Below, piece by piece: positions 25,783 to 34,055 of a stretch of DNA of 34,055 nucleotides. The notes below the pieces were generated by a model. It was not told the DNA's origin and did not search any database. It was given only the letters and a program-made list of their open reading frames with translations. The stretch comes from Minisyncoccota bacterium (GTDB lineage: Bacteria; Patescibacteriota; Minisyncoccia; UBA6257; 1-14-0-10-40-38). The DNA lies in the NCBI GenBank assembly GCA_020052135.1, contig JAGVPS010000028.1, positions 1 to 34,055 on the forward strand. Direction: 5' to 3'. The position numbers were made by a program, and so were the translations under genes. The stretch's first letter is position 1. Every line of letters begins with the position of its first letter.

Positions 25783-26472
25783 ATGAAACTCTCGATACTC
25801 ATCCCGGCATATAATGAGGCGCGCACGATTGCGAAGGTTATAGAGCAGGTAAAAAAAGTTGATCTCGGCCGCATCGTGAAAGAGATTATCGTCATAGACG
25901 ACGGATCAACAGATGGAACTGCGGATAATGTTTCTGCGGGTACGGCAGAAGTGCTTCGTCTCTCGAAAAATCAAGGCAAGGGATCGGCAATCAGGGCAGG
26001 TTTTGCCAAAGCCACGGGAGATATCGTCCTTATCCAGGACGCCGATCTTGAATATTCTCCGGAAGATATTCCAACGCTCATCGCCCCGATTATTGAGGGA
26101 AGCGCGGATGTGGTATATGGATCCCGCTTTGTAGGGGACAAGCCGCACCGCGTGCTCCTCTTCCATCACTACATGGCGAACCGATGCATTACTTTTTTTT
26201 CTGACCTCTGTACAAATTTAAACCTCACAGATGTCGAAACTGGCTACAAAGCATTTTCCCGCGCCGCGATAGATCGAATTCTTCCTCGTCTCGTATCATA
26301 TCGATTTGGTATCGAGATTGAGCTTACGGCACGGGTTTCCAAGGCTTCGCTCCGCGTGTACGAGGTCGGCGTTTCCTATCATGGTCGCACGTATGCGGAG
26401 GGCAAGAAGATCCGTTGGACCGATGGGCTTGCGGCGCTTTGGCATATCATCCGTTTTAATCTTTTTTCTTAA
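25783..26472 (+). CDS. GT2 family glycosyltransferase (DPM1-like)
   Basis: IPAYNE, DDGSTDGT, NQGKG, QDADLEY, YGSRF and TDVETGYK motifs; start at ATG 25783. Confidence 0.9.
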   Translation: MKLSILIPAYNEARTIAKVIEQVKKVDLGRIVKEIIVIDDGSTDGTADNVSAGTAEVLRLSKNQGKGSAIRAGFAKATGDIVLIQDADLEYSPEDIPTLIAPIIEGSADVVYGSRFVGDKPHRVLLFHHYMANRCITFFSDLCTNLNLTDVETGYKAFSRAAIDRILPRLVSYRFGIEIELTARVSKASLRVYEVGVSYHGRTYAEGKKIRWTDGLAALWHIIRFNLFS

Positions 26473-26477
26473 AACCT

Positions 26478-27041
26478 ATGGGAGATAGATTTTGTGAACC
26501 AATATTCCGGTGGCTCCGCATTCGGCGAATGAAGTTGTTTTTGAATGCCCAAACGAATTTGCTCGATGTGGGTTCAGGCGCCGAGGGCACGATGCTGAAG
26601 GATTTAAGCCCCTACATCAAAGCAGGGGTGGGCATTGATTTGCGCGCGGAGCCGTATGAGGAGGGGAATATAAAAATCCAGCAGGTTGAGTTTGACGAGA
26701 AACCGCTTCCGTTTGCCGATAGCTCGTTTGACTGCGTTTCGCTCCTTGCAACGCTGGAGCACATGAACCGCCGAGTTGAGCTTCTCGAGGAAATTCGCCG
26801 CGTTTTGAAGCCCGGAGGAGTGCTTATCATCACCGTTCCCACATGGGCCGCAAAGCCCATACTCGAGTTTCTTGCGTTTCGGTTGAAGATTGTAAGTGAC
26901 GTGGGAGTGAAAGAGCACAAAACGTATTTTTGGAAAGCGGAGCTCGTGGAAGCGCTCAAAAAAGCCGGGTTTTCCCCGGAGCAAACTACAGTGAACTATT
27001 TTGAATTAGGGTTCAACTTGTCCGCGGTAGCGCGCAAATAG
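26478..27041 (+). CDS. Class I SAM-dependent methyltransferase (type 11)
   Basis: LLDVGSG, LPFADSSFD, LEH and RVLKPGG motifs. Confidence 0.88.
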   Translation: MGDRFCEPIFRWLRIRRMKLFLNAQTNLLDVGSGAEGTMLKDLSPYIKAGVGIDLRAEPYEEGNIKIQQVEFDEKPLPFADSSFDCVSLLATLEHMNRRVELLEEIRRVLKPGGVLIITVPTWAAKPILEFLAFRLKIVSDVGVKEHKTYFWKAELVEALKKAGFSPEQTTVNYFELGFNLSAVARK

Positions 27042-27044
27042 AAC

Positions 27045-28178
27045 ATGAGTAAACCAAAACTCTGCTATGTGATACCGGAATATAACAGTGAAGCGCATAC
27101 GCATTTTGCCTATCTTACCCCCTTTATTCGTGCTTTGTCCGAAACATTCGATATTTGGCTCGTAGTTGAGCGGGGCACAGCGCCGCCGGATATGGGAACG
27201 GTGCGGGTATCTGTGGCGCGCATGCGCATCCCACTTTTGCGACTCATAAACATAAAATTCTTGCTGTTTTGGGCACGTGTCTCTGGGTATAAAGATTTTT
27301 ACGTACACTACTCTTTCTTTTCGGCATATGTCGCTTCGGTCATTGCGCGCGTAACGGGTGGGCGGGTGTTCTATTGGAATTGCGGTGAGCCATGGAAATA
27401 TAAACGGAATTTTTTCCGCGAAGCGTTTGAGCGAACGGTGTACTCGCTCGTGACGTATCTTGTGACGGGCACGGAAGGAATGAAGCAGGCATACGCGAAG
27501 CACTATGGGTTGTCGCTCGAAAAAATAAAGGTAATGCCGAATTGGGTGGATATCTCAAATATAAAATCTCAAATCGCAAATCTTAGCACTAAAGATATAA
27601 AAAAAGAACTCAATATTTCCAAAGATACAAAAATCATCTTGTTTGCGCACCGGCTTTCAAAGCGAAAGGGTGCGCACTATCTACCGGAAATTATAAAGGC
27701 TTTACAAAATGAGAATGTTGTTCTTCTCATCGCTGGTGATGGTCCTGAAAAAGAAAATATCCAATTACAAATTACCAATTACCCTGCCTCGCCGGCAGGC
27801 GGGCAATTACAAAATCGCGTGCAATTTTTAGGGTGGGTGCCGCAAAAAGATACGGCGCAGTATTTTGCTATCGCCGATGTATTTATTCTACCCTCCGAAG
27901 AGGAGGGGTTCCCGCACGTGATATTGGAATCAATGGCATATGGCGTACCCTCTGTCGCGTTTAACGTAGGGGGAGTGAAAGAAATCATTTTGCCAGAGCT
28001 TTTAACGTATGTTGTTGCTCCGGGCGACACGGCTGAATTTATTAGAAAAGTAAATACGCTTTTAGATATATCTTTAGAAAAAAGGAATTCACTGCAGGCG
28101 CGTATGAACGCTTGGATACGAAAATATGATCTTTTATCTTCAGTATCTATTTTTAAAAAAATAGCCCAGATAGTATAG
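27045..28178 (+). CDS. GT4 family glycosyltransferase carrying one in-frame PASPAGG insertion
   Basis: HRLSKRKG, AGDGPE and EEGFPHVILE motifs. Confidence 0.9.
   Translation: MSKPKLCYVIPEYNSEAHTHFAYLTPFIRALSETFDIWLVVERGTAPPDMGTVRVSVARMRIPLLRLINIKFLLFWARVSGYKDFYVHYSFFSAYVASVIARVTGGRVFYWNCGEPWKYKRNFFREAFERTVYSLVTYLVTGTEGMKQAYAKHYGLSLEKIKVMPNWVDISNIKSQIANLSTKDIKKELNISKDTKIILFAHRLSKRKGAHYLPEIIKALQNENVVLLIAGDGPEKENIQLQITNYPASPAGGQLQNRVQFLGWVPQKDTAQYFAIADVFILPSEEEGFPHVILESMAYGVPSVAFNVGGVKEIILPELLTYVVAPGDTAEFIRKVNTLLDISLEKRNSLQARMNAWIRKYDLLSSVSIFKKIAQIV
27550..27584 (+). repeat. Degenerate intragenic heptamer array (AAATCNC-like x5)
   Basis: ATATCTC-AAATATA-AAATCTC-AAATCGC-AAATCTT; encodes ISNIKSQIANL. 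Confidence 0.65.
27762..27810 (+). repeat. Third copy of the intragenic 21-bp palindromic unit (27783-27803) in a heptamer array
   Basis: CAATTAC-AAATTAC-CAATTAC-[CCTGCCTCGCCGGCAGGCGGG]-CAATTAC. Confidence 0.95.
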
Positions 28179-28185
28179 TGTCGCA

Positions 28186-28194
28186 TGCTATAAT
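28186..28194 (+). promoter_or_regulatory. Extended -10 (TGcTATAAT), probably leaderless
   Basis: Lies 6 nt upstream of ATG 28201, with no SD. Confidence 0.65.
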
Positions 28195-28200
28195 TTTTTT

Positions 28201-29529
28201 ATGCATCGCGCAAAAGAAATTCTAAAAAACCCACTCGCGATTATCCTCTTCGTAGGTTTCATAATTGCGCTTGTATATGCATTTTATTTTAAAATTCCGC
28301 CGCTTGTTGATGCGCGCGGGTATGACAATATTGGTTGGCATTTGGCAGAAGGGTATGGGTACAGAGAATTCCTTACCACCCCACTTTTAAATGACGTGGG
28401 TATTGTGCGCGTGGGGCCTGGTTACGAGTTTTTTCTTGCAGGTATTTTTCTTTTATTCGGTCATTCGTATCCGGCCGTATGGATCATACAGTCACTGCTT
28501 CTCATGGGCACAGGCTACTTTGCCTATGCATTATCCCGCGAAGTATTTAAAGCCGCATGGCAACCACTCATAGGATATAGTGCCGCCGCGTTGGTGGTGT
28601 TTTCCCCTGACCTTATCACCATAAACGCGATGCTCATGACGGAAACCTTGGGCATTTTCCTTGCCGTGCTCGCCACATACCTCTTTTTCAAATACGTGAA
28701 TCAAAATTCGGACATGTATCTCTTTTGGTCAGTGGTTACCCTTTTTTCCGCCACGCTCGCGCGGACACCGGCAGTATTTCTCTTTATCCCGCTCTTTGGA
28801 TACCTCCTGTGGCAAAAACATTTCAAAAAAGTTTTTTTACTCCTGATACTCGTTGCCGCACTCGCTACGCCGTGGACAGTCCGGAATTATAAAATCTACG
28901 GCGCCTTTGTGCCATTCCATGCGGGGGGAAATTACAACATTGTGATCGGGAACCACGAAGGGGCAACGGGCGAGCAGGACCCCTATCCTAAACTAGGAGA
29001 ATATTTGGAAAAGTATGGCGCAATCGAAGCGGGTAAGCTCGCAAAGGCGGAAGGCTTCTCGTTCATACGATCACACCCGCTCGAATTTGTACGCCTTACT
29101 CTTTCACGAACCATTACGTATTTCAGCGGTGCTCGGCCAACCGGATTCTGGTTCCATCTTACGGGTACGAGCAAAGCCACAACCCTCGTTCTTTCTTCGC
29201 TCTATGCATTTTTACTTTTCTCATCTGGTTTCTTTGGTCTTGCAAGTGCGCGTACACTTGCTTCAGCTGATCATGCTCGCGCGAAGCTCTATAGGTGGTT
29301 TCTCGTCATGATGCCGCTTGCGGTCGTGGGACTCGTGGTTGAGACGCGCTACCGGTTTTTGCTCTATCCCTTTCTTGCAGTTTTTGCAGGGTATGGAATT
29401 TACCGCGCACTCCTTACGAAGCCAGAAAAAAAATTGCTCATAGGATCTATAGGGGCGGTTATTGCGATTGCTGTAGTTGATGTGCTCCGAAACCTCGATC
29501 GAATACTTGAACGCATCTCCGATATTTAG
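28201..29529 (+). CDS. GT-C (ArnT/PMT_2-like) membrane glycosyltransferase
   Basis: DARGY, PGYEFFLA, LMTETL, PWTVRNY and RYR motifs; many TM helices. Confidence 0.8.
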   Translation: MHRAKEILKNPLAIILFVGFIIALVYAFYFKIPPLVDARGYDNIGWHLAEGYGYREFLTTPLLNDVGIVRVGPGYEFFLAGIFLLFGHSYPAVWIIQSLLLMGTGYFAYALSREVFKAAWQPLIGYSAAALVVFSPDLITINAMLMTETLGIFLAVLATYLFFKYVNQNSDMYLFWSVVTLFSATLARTPAVFLFIPLFGYLLWQKHFKKVFLLLILVAALATPWTVRNYKIYGAFVPFHAGGNYNIVIGNHEGATGEQDPYPKLGEYLEKYGAIEAGKLAKAEGFSFIRSHPLEFVRLTLSRTITYFSGARPTGFWFHLTGTSKATTLVLSSLYAFLLFSSGFFGLASARTLASADHARAKLYRWFLVMMPLAVVGLVVETRYRFLLYPFLAVFAGYGIYRALLTKPEKKLLIGSIGAVIAIAVVDVLRNLDRILERISDI

Positions 29530-31208
29530 AGCTCATAGCGATAAATAGACACTGTGGGGCCACTTGCCGCCCCAGAAAAAAGGTTAGAGAGACTGCCGAT
29601 CGCGCCCTCGGTGAGCTCAAAGCCCGGGCGATCAAAGCCGGGAAAGCGAGCAATAAGTACTCCATCCCCCACGAGCGAGGCAAGTGCCTTCTCTTTTACA
29701 GGGCTTTCTCCGTAGATGCTCTGTGCAAGGACTGCATACTCATATTTTTTTTCCTTTCGATACGTAGCGACGTTTTCAAAAAATGGATGATCAGCTCGAA
29801 GTGTATAAAGATTCAGTGCATGAAACGCTTTATGTTTCAGAAGCGAGGGGTCGAGTACTGCCTCTGCCTCATCAACTGACCGAAGCGATTGTGGGTCGAT
29901 ATCTTTTTGCTCGCGTATGGCAGTGGGCGTTGCAGAAAGGCGAGTTTGGGGAGAAAGAACGAGGATTTTTGCGCCTTGAGGGAGATTTGACTCCATCCAC
30001 TCGCGAGCTTGTGCTCGCGTATCGTTTTTTAGCAGGAGCGTATCCACACGTATTGTGGGGATAACCATGCCAACGAGAGTTATAGAAAAAAGAGTGATGC
30101 GAATGAAGCGAAGATTTTTGAGCCTATGCCACACTGCGGCCGCTCCGTAACCGGACACCAGGGCAAAGAGCGGGATCTGGTATGCGATAAAGCGATCGTC
30201 GATATGGAAGAGGAGGTAGAAGATGAGAACGTACGCACCTACAAAGAGGAGAGTCGCAGAGAACATACGCCGCTCGTTTTTAAAAAGAAAAATGAGTCCG
30301 ATTAGAGTCCAAACAGCAAAAAAAGGTTCAGAACGTATGAACGGAAGAAAAAGAGCGGCTACCGCGGAGAAGAATCCAAGAAGAGATTTTATCTCTGTCG
30401 TTGAGTGCGCGTATCGCAGGAAAAAACCGCCGGGGTGGATGAGGTATGATGCCGCAACGAGCAAGATAAAAAGTATCGCTCCAAAGATAACGCGGCGGTC
30501 TTTCAATAATTGTAAAAGAGAAACTCGCTCGACCACCAAGAGTCAAATAAGCACAAAGAGGGGAATGAATCCGGCAATAACGCTTACTCCAAACCCAACT
30601 CCCGAGATGAGCGCAATGATACATGCGCGGCGAGGCGCCGGCCGTGTGCGGTCGGTGATGAGGGCAAGCGCAAGCGCAAAGAGAAAAATCGAAAGCGTCC
30701 AATCTCGTCCCCAGTGGGAGAGAAGCGCATGCGAGGCGCTCATCGTGACAACAATTGCCCCGATCAATGAGGCGTATGTATTTTGAAAGAAATGTTTACC
30801 CGCCTTGTAGACAAAGAGAATAGTTGCGGTTCCCGCAAGCGCGCTTATGATTCGAGCGAGTATAAAAAGAGATGAGGGATCAGCGGTAATATACGAGACC
30901 AGAATTGCTATATCTCGAATGTGAAAGAGATATTGAAGCCCGAGTACTAACGCGAAGGGAATGAGGTAGAGATACGAGAGGTACGGAGGGAAATAGAGGA
31001 TGGGGTTAAAGATTTCAGGATGGAGAACCGGAAACAGCGTTTGCAACTTCAGCATCTGAAGTGTGGCAATAATAAACGGAGGTTCATCACCCACAAGCCA
31101 TAGGGGCAATCCATAGTTCACACCTATCATGCGGAGTCCAAATCCGAGTGTGAGGAGAGAAAGAAGTATTGCCGTTGTTTTTGTCATAAATGGTTTTGTC
31201 TTTACCAT
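29526..31208 (-). pseudogene. GT-C (PMT/ArnT-like) glycosyltransferase interrupted by one in-frame TGA at 30545-30543
   Basis: ORFs 30543-31208 and 29526-30539 are in the same frame (...FIPLFVLI*LLVVERV...). The N-half has GLP..GDE and ARIISA; the C-half has DDRF and DTR..AREW. Joined length is 560 codons. Confidence 0.75.
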
Positions 31209-31284
31209 CTCTATTGTAGACAGATAGGCATAGGTTAGGCAAAACAGGTCAGGTGAGATATTCTAAAGTACAACAATCCAGTAT

Positions 31285-32595
31285 ATGGCAAACAAGAGAA
31301 AAGAAATTCTAGTAATTGCTCTTGTCGTTGTAGGGATATTACTCCGGGGAGCATTGCTCGGATGGAATAGCTATGAGCACGGCGACGTCGCGCAGTATGC
31401 CGCCGCGGCAGAGTCCTTTGCCGAACAAGGAAATTTTCTCATTGATGCGAATGTCGAAAAAGACTATTTCTATTCGTTAAAAGAATTGGGCGGGCAACAC
31501 CTAGAGCACAACCCCTTATGGCCTTTCCTGGGCGGGATTTTTGTTTTTATTTTTGGCATGTCCGGATACCACGCACTTCAGATACTGTCCTTCATAAGCG
31601 GCGTGGCACTGCTACCGCTCATCTTTATACTTGGTAAAAAACTAGGAGGGTACGGAACAGGGCTACTCGCACTTATTTTCGGAACGTTTTCATACGCGCT
31701 CATAGATTTTTCGGCGAACGGCTCCTTTTATATCTTTCAAGCAGTACTCTATGTGCTGTTTCTTCTCGGAATGCTCGACATGGAAAAACCCGCTCGCGCG
31801 GCCTTTGTGTGGGCAATCATGGGTGTTGCATTGCTTTTGAATCAGCAGAACATAGTGCTCTTAGCGGCGTATGTTCTGTATACGTTTATATATTTTCGAG
31901 GCAACTCAAAACGCGCGATGATCTATGTCCTCTGTTGCATTGGAATAGTTGCCGTTATCCAATTGCCGTGGTGGATTCGTAACTACGTGCTCTTTGAGTC
32001 GCCACTCCACTCGATCGATATAACCTATGTATGGGACAAGATTGGGGTTCCCCGTACCGTGACTGACCACGTTATTTCCTACGCCGTTACGCCACAAACG
32101 TATCTTACGCTCGCAAAAACCTCTCTTTCATCTTGGCTACCGCACAATCTGTACTTTATGCATCGGAAATTCTTTGTGGTGGCACCCCTCGTATATATCT
32201 TTGCACTTTTTTCCTTGGCAGAAGCCTTCTTTGGGGAAAAACTGAGGGAGAAAAAACAGCTGCTTATTCCTCTCCTCTTACTATTCGCGTTCTACGTCGG
32301 CATATCCACGATGTGGCCGATTGCAAAATTTCGCTACCTCATTCCACTCCTGCCTCTTATATTCGTACTTGGCTCTTGGTATATGACCGCACACATGAGG
32401 AACAGAACAGGGAGAACAGTAAGCATAGCGATGAGCATTGTCACAGTTTTTGTTTTTTCAGTGCTTACATTCTTTGGAACGCCCTCGCACACCTACTATT
32501 ATGATGGCGTTATAACGACCGATAATTTCGGGAAACGCGGCGAGCTGGATTTTATCAATGGATATGAAACTATAGTAGGTGATAGAGAACAATGA
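31285..32595 (+). CDS. GT-C (ArnT/PMT_2-like) membrane glycosyltransferase
   Basis: LLR..., GDVAQY, HNPLWP, PWWIRNY and RYLIP motifs; many TM helices. Confidence 0.78.
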   Translation: MANKRKEILVIALVVVGILLRGALLGWNSYEHGDVAQYAAAAESFAEQGNFLIDANVEKDYFYSLKELGGQHLEHNPLWPFLGGIFVFIFGMSGYHALQILSFISGVALLPLIFILGKKLGGYGTGLLALIFGTFSYALIDFSANGSFYIFQAVLYVLFLLGMLDMEKPARAAFVWAIMGVALLLNQQNIVLLAAYVLYTFIYFRGNSKRAMIYVLCCIGIVAVIQLPWWIRNYVLFESPLHSIDITYVWDKIGVPRTVTDHVISYAVTPQTYLTLAKTSLSSWLPHNLYFMHRKFFVVAPLVYIFALFSLAEAFFGEKLREKKQLLIPLLLLFAFYVGISTMWPIAKFRYLIPLLPLIFVLGSWYMTAHMRNRTGRTVSIAMSIVTVFVFSVLTFFGTPSHTYYYDGVITTDNFGKRGELDFINGYETIVGDREQ

Positions 32596-32693
32596 ACATA
32601 TATAAAAAATTAGCCTACCTTCTTATGGCGGCGATTATACTCTTTACGCTCATAGACGGTGTCTTTTTACGGTGGACACTTACGTTGTTCTAA
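32592..32693 (+). CDS. 33-aa single-TM peptide or truncated GT-C N-terminus
   Basis: ATGA-coupled to the upstream stop; MNIYKKLAYLLMAAIILFTLIDGVFLRWTLTLF. Confidence 0.4.
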   Translation: MNIYKKLAYLLMAAIILFTLIDGVFLRWTLTLF

Positions 32694-32704
32694 ATTTTAC
32701 CTAT

Positions 32705-32752
32705 TAGAAAATCACGTCAATTGAACGATCGTCCAATTGACGTGATTTTCTA
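32705..32752. repeat. 48-bp near-perfect palindrome
   Basis: TAGAAAATCACGTCAATTG-A-ACGATCGT-C-CAATTGACGTGATTTTCTA; only one mismatched pair (32724/32733). Confidence 0.92.
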
Positions 32753-32759
32753 TGTTTTC

Positions 32760-33437
32760 CTAAAAAAAATTTTTTATAACTGACCAAACATAGCGGTGGG
32801 CTACTTTCCATACCTGGAAGCGGGAAGAACCGAACTTCCGCCGATATTCGTGGCTGGGCACGTCCTGGACGCGATACCCGCGCTTCAGGCATTGCATGAG
32901 CATCTCTTGTTCAATCGTCGTAATGTTTTCGCGGAGCGTGAGCGATCTCGCAACGTCGGTTTTAATAGCGCGGAACCCATTTTGGCTGTCGGTCAAGCGA
33001 ACATTGAATCGATAGTTGATAGCAAGCACAATCAGGTGCCCGCCAACATTTCGGATGAAATCCGCGACTGTTCCCCATGCTTCATCCGAGCCCCCGAGAC
33101 TGCGCGAGCCTATCACGAGATCAGCTTTATTTTCGAGAATGGGCGATGTAAGTCTTGGGATATCCGTGGGTTCATGGGACCCATCAGCGTCGATAAAAAC
33201 TATAATAGATCCGAGCGCATGGGTAATCCCTACCTTAATCGCATCCCCCTTGCCTTTTTGATGGTCAAGAAAAATTCGCGCCCCGAGAGATTCTGCGATG
33301 GTTCGAGTTTCATCGATCGAATGTCCGTCAATGAGCAAAATTTCGTCGCCATACGGGCGAACGTGAGCAATAATGTCGCCAATAGTTTTCGCTTCGTTCT
33401 TAGCGCATATAACAATGGATATAGTGATTTTTTTCAT
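32760..33437 (-). CDS. GT2 family glycosyltransferase (DPM1-like)
   Basis: CAKNE, IDGHS.D.T, GKGDA, DADGSH, IGSR and TDSQNGFRA motifs; the likely start is ATG 33437. Confidence 0.88.
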   Translation of the reverse strand: MKKITISIVICAKNEAKTIGDIIAHVRPYGDEILLIDGHSIDETRTIAESLGARIFLDHQKGKGDAIKVGITHALGSIIVFIDADGSHEPTDIPRLTSPILENKADLVIGSRSLGGSDEAWGTVADFIRNVGGHLIVLAINYRFNVRLTDSQNGFRAIKTDVARSLTLRENITTIEQEMLMQCLKRGYRVQDVPSHEYRRKFGSSRFQVWKVAHRYVWSVIKNFF

Positions 33438-33442
33438 ATCGC

Positions 33443-34055
33443 TCAGAGCGCATATATACACTGCGCGCCTTTTTCTTCATACACTTTTTTGAGCGCGGGC
33501 ATCGGTATGCATGTTTCGCTCAAGATATAGTCCGCCTGAAATTGCTCGGCAACTGTACGGATCATTTCAGGATTGTGCGCCGCGTAGGCAGCTTCCACGA
33601 GCTGTTTACGATTATACCATTCGACGAGATTATTTGATGAAGGAGCGATTGCCGCGCCATCACGGTAGTGGTATACGAGGCCGCGAAGCGCACATACCCT
33701 AAAGGGCGGGAACCGTTGAGGGTCAATCAGGAATAAGCTGTCCTCGGCCGTATGTTCGCGGATCCACCCGTAGAGTGTTGGAGCGCAGGTGTCGGCAACA
33801 GGAGTGCTACGCTTAAGGTTTAAAAGTGTTATTGCATGAGAAACTTTTTCTCGTGCAAGAAATATTCCGGCTCCGAGGCACATAATGAGAAGCGCCATAC
33901 AGATAACACGTGTTCGTAGGGTGGTAGAACTGAAAGATTTAAGTTTTTGAAATAGCAACGCAAGGGAAAATCCCAGATAGAGGTATAGAATAAAATAAAT
34001 GAAGCGGAGCGCGCGCGGCTCTTCTATAAGAAACGGAGGTATTTTTAAAAATATT
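33443..34055 (-). CDS. C-terminal part of a membrane protein (GT-C-like architecture), 5' end outside the window
   Basis: The frame is open to the window end. TM helices are followed by WIREHTAEDSLFLIDP...EWYNR...ADYIL, a soluble C-terminal domain. Confidence 0.6.
   Translation of the reverse strand, partial: IFLKIPPFLIEEPRALRFIYFILYLYLGFSLALLFQKLKSFSSTTLRTRVICMALLIMCLGAGIFLAREKVSHAITLLNLKRSTPVADTCAPTLYGWIREHTAEDSLFLIDPQRFPPFRVCALRGLVYHYRDGAAIAPSSNNLVEWYNRKQLVEAAYAAHNPEMIRTVAEQFQADYILSETCIPMPALKKVYEEKGAQCIYAL

Noticed and set aside
30543..30545. Genetic code 25 or 4 (UGA read as Gly/Trp) as the explanation for the internal TGA
   Set aside because: Several intact genes end in TGA at family-typical lengths, some in ATGA overlaps with the next gene (5808, 10955, 12820, 23105, 32595), so UGA is a normal stop here.
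32796..33530. 244-aa plus-strand ORF and the many other short alternative-frame ORFs in the track
   Set aside because: They are antisense or out-of-frame shadows of well-supported genes and carry no family motifs.

Overview
Surface-glycosylation region, most likely from a Patescibacteria (CPR, Parcubacteria-like) genome; the taxonomy is inferred from the S-layer-like giant protein, the peptidoglycan-binding surface protein and the gene style. From left to right: the 3' part of a large Thr/Gly/Ala-rich surface protein, a PG-binding/beta-helix secreted protein and a TPR protein. These are followed by a long glycan locus with about six GT-C-type membrane glycosyltransferases (one split by an in-frame TGA), five GT4 genes (two are double-GT4 fusions), three polyprenol-phosphate-type GT2s, rfbA/rfbB, a cupin/C-methyltransferase/SDR/oxidoreductase operon and two further methyltransferases. 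A ~4.3 kb island of five monocistronic genes (bicupin, two DUF218/YdcF-like paralogs, ClpP-like protein, inositol monophosphatase) interrupts the locus and is bracketed by two inverted copies of a ~125-bp hairpin-rich element. The most unusual signal is an identical 21-bp palindromic unit inserted in frame three times inside GT4 genes. It always sits within 7-bp tandem arrays (CAATTAC), and an empty homologous site is present in a third GT4 gene. No rRNA, tRNA, CRISPR array, transposase or integrase was recognised.
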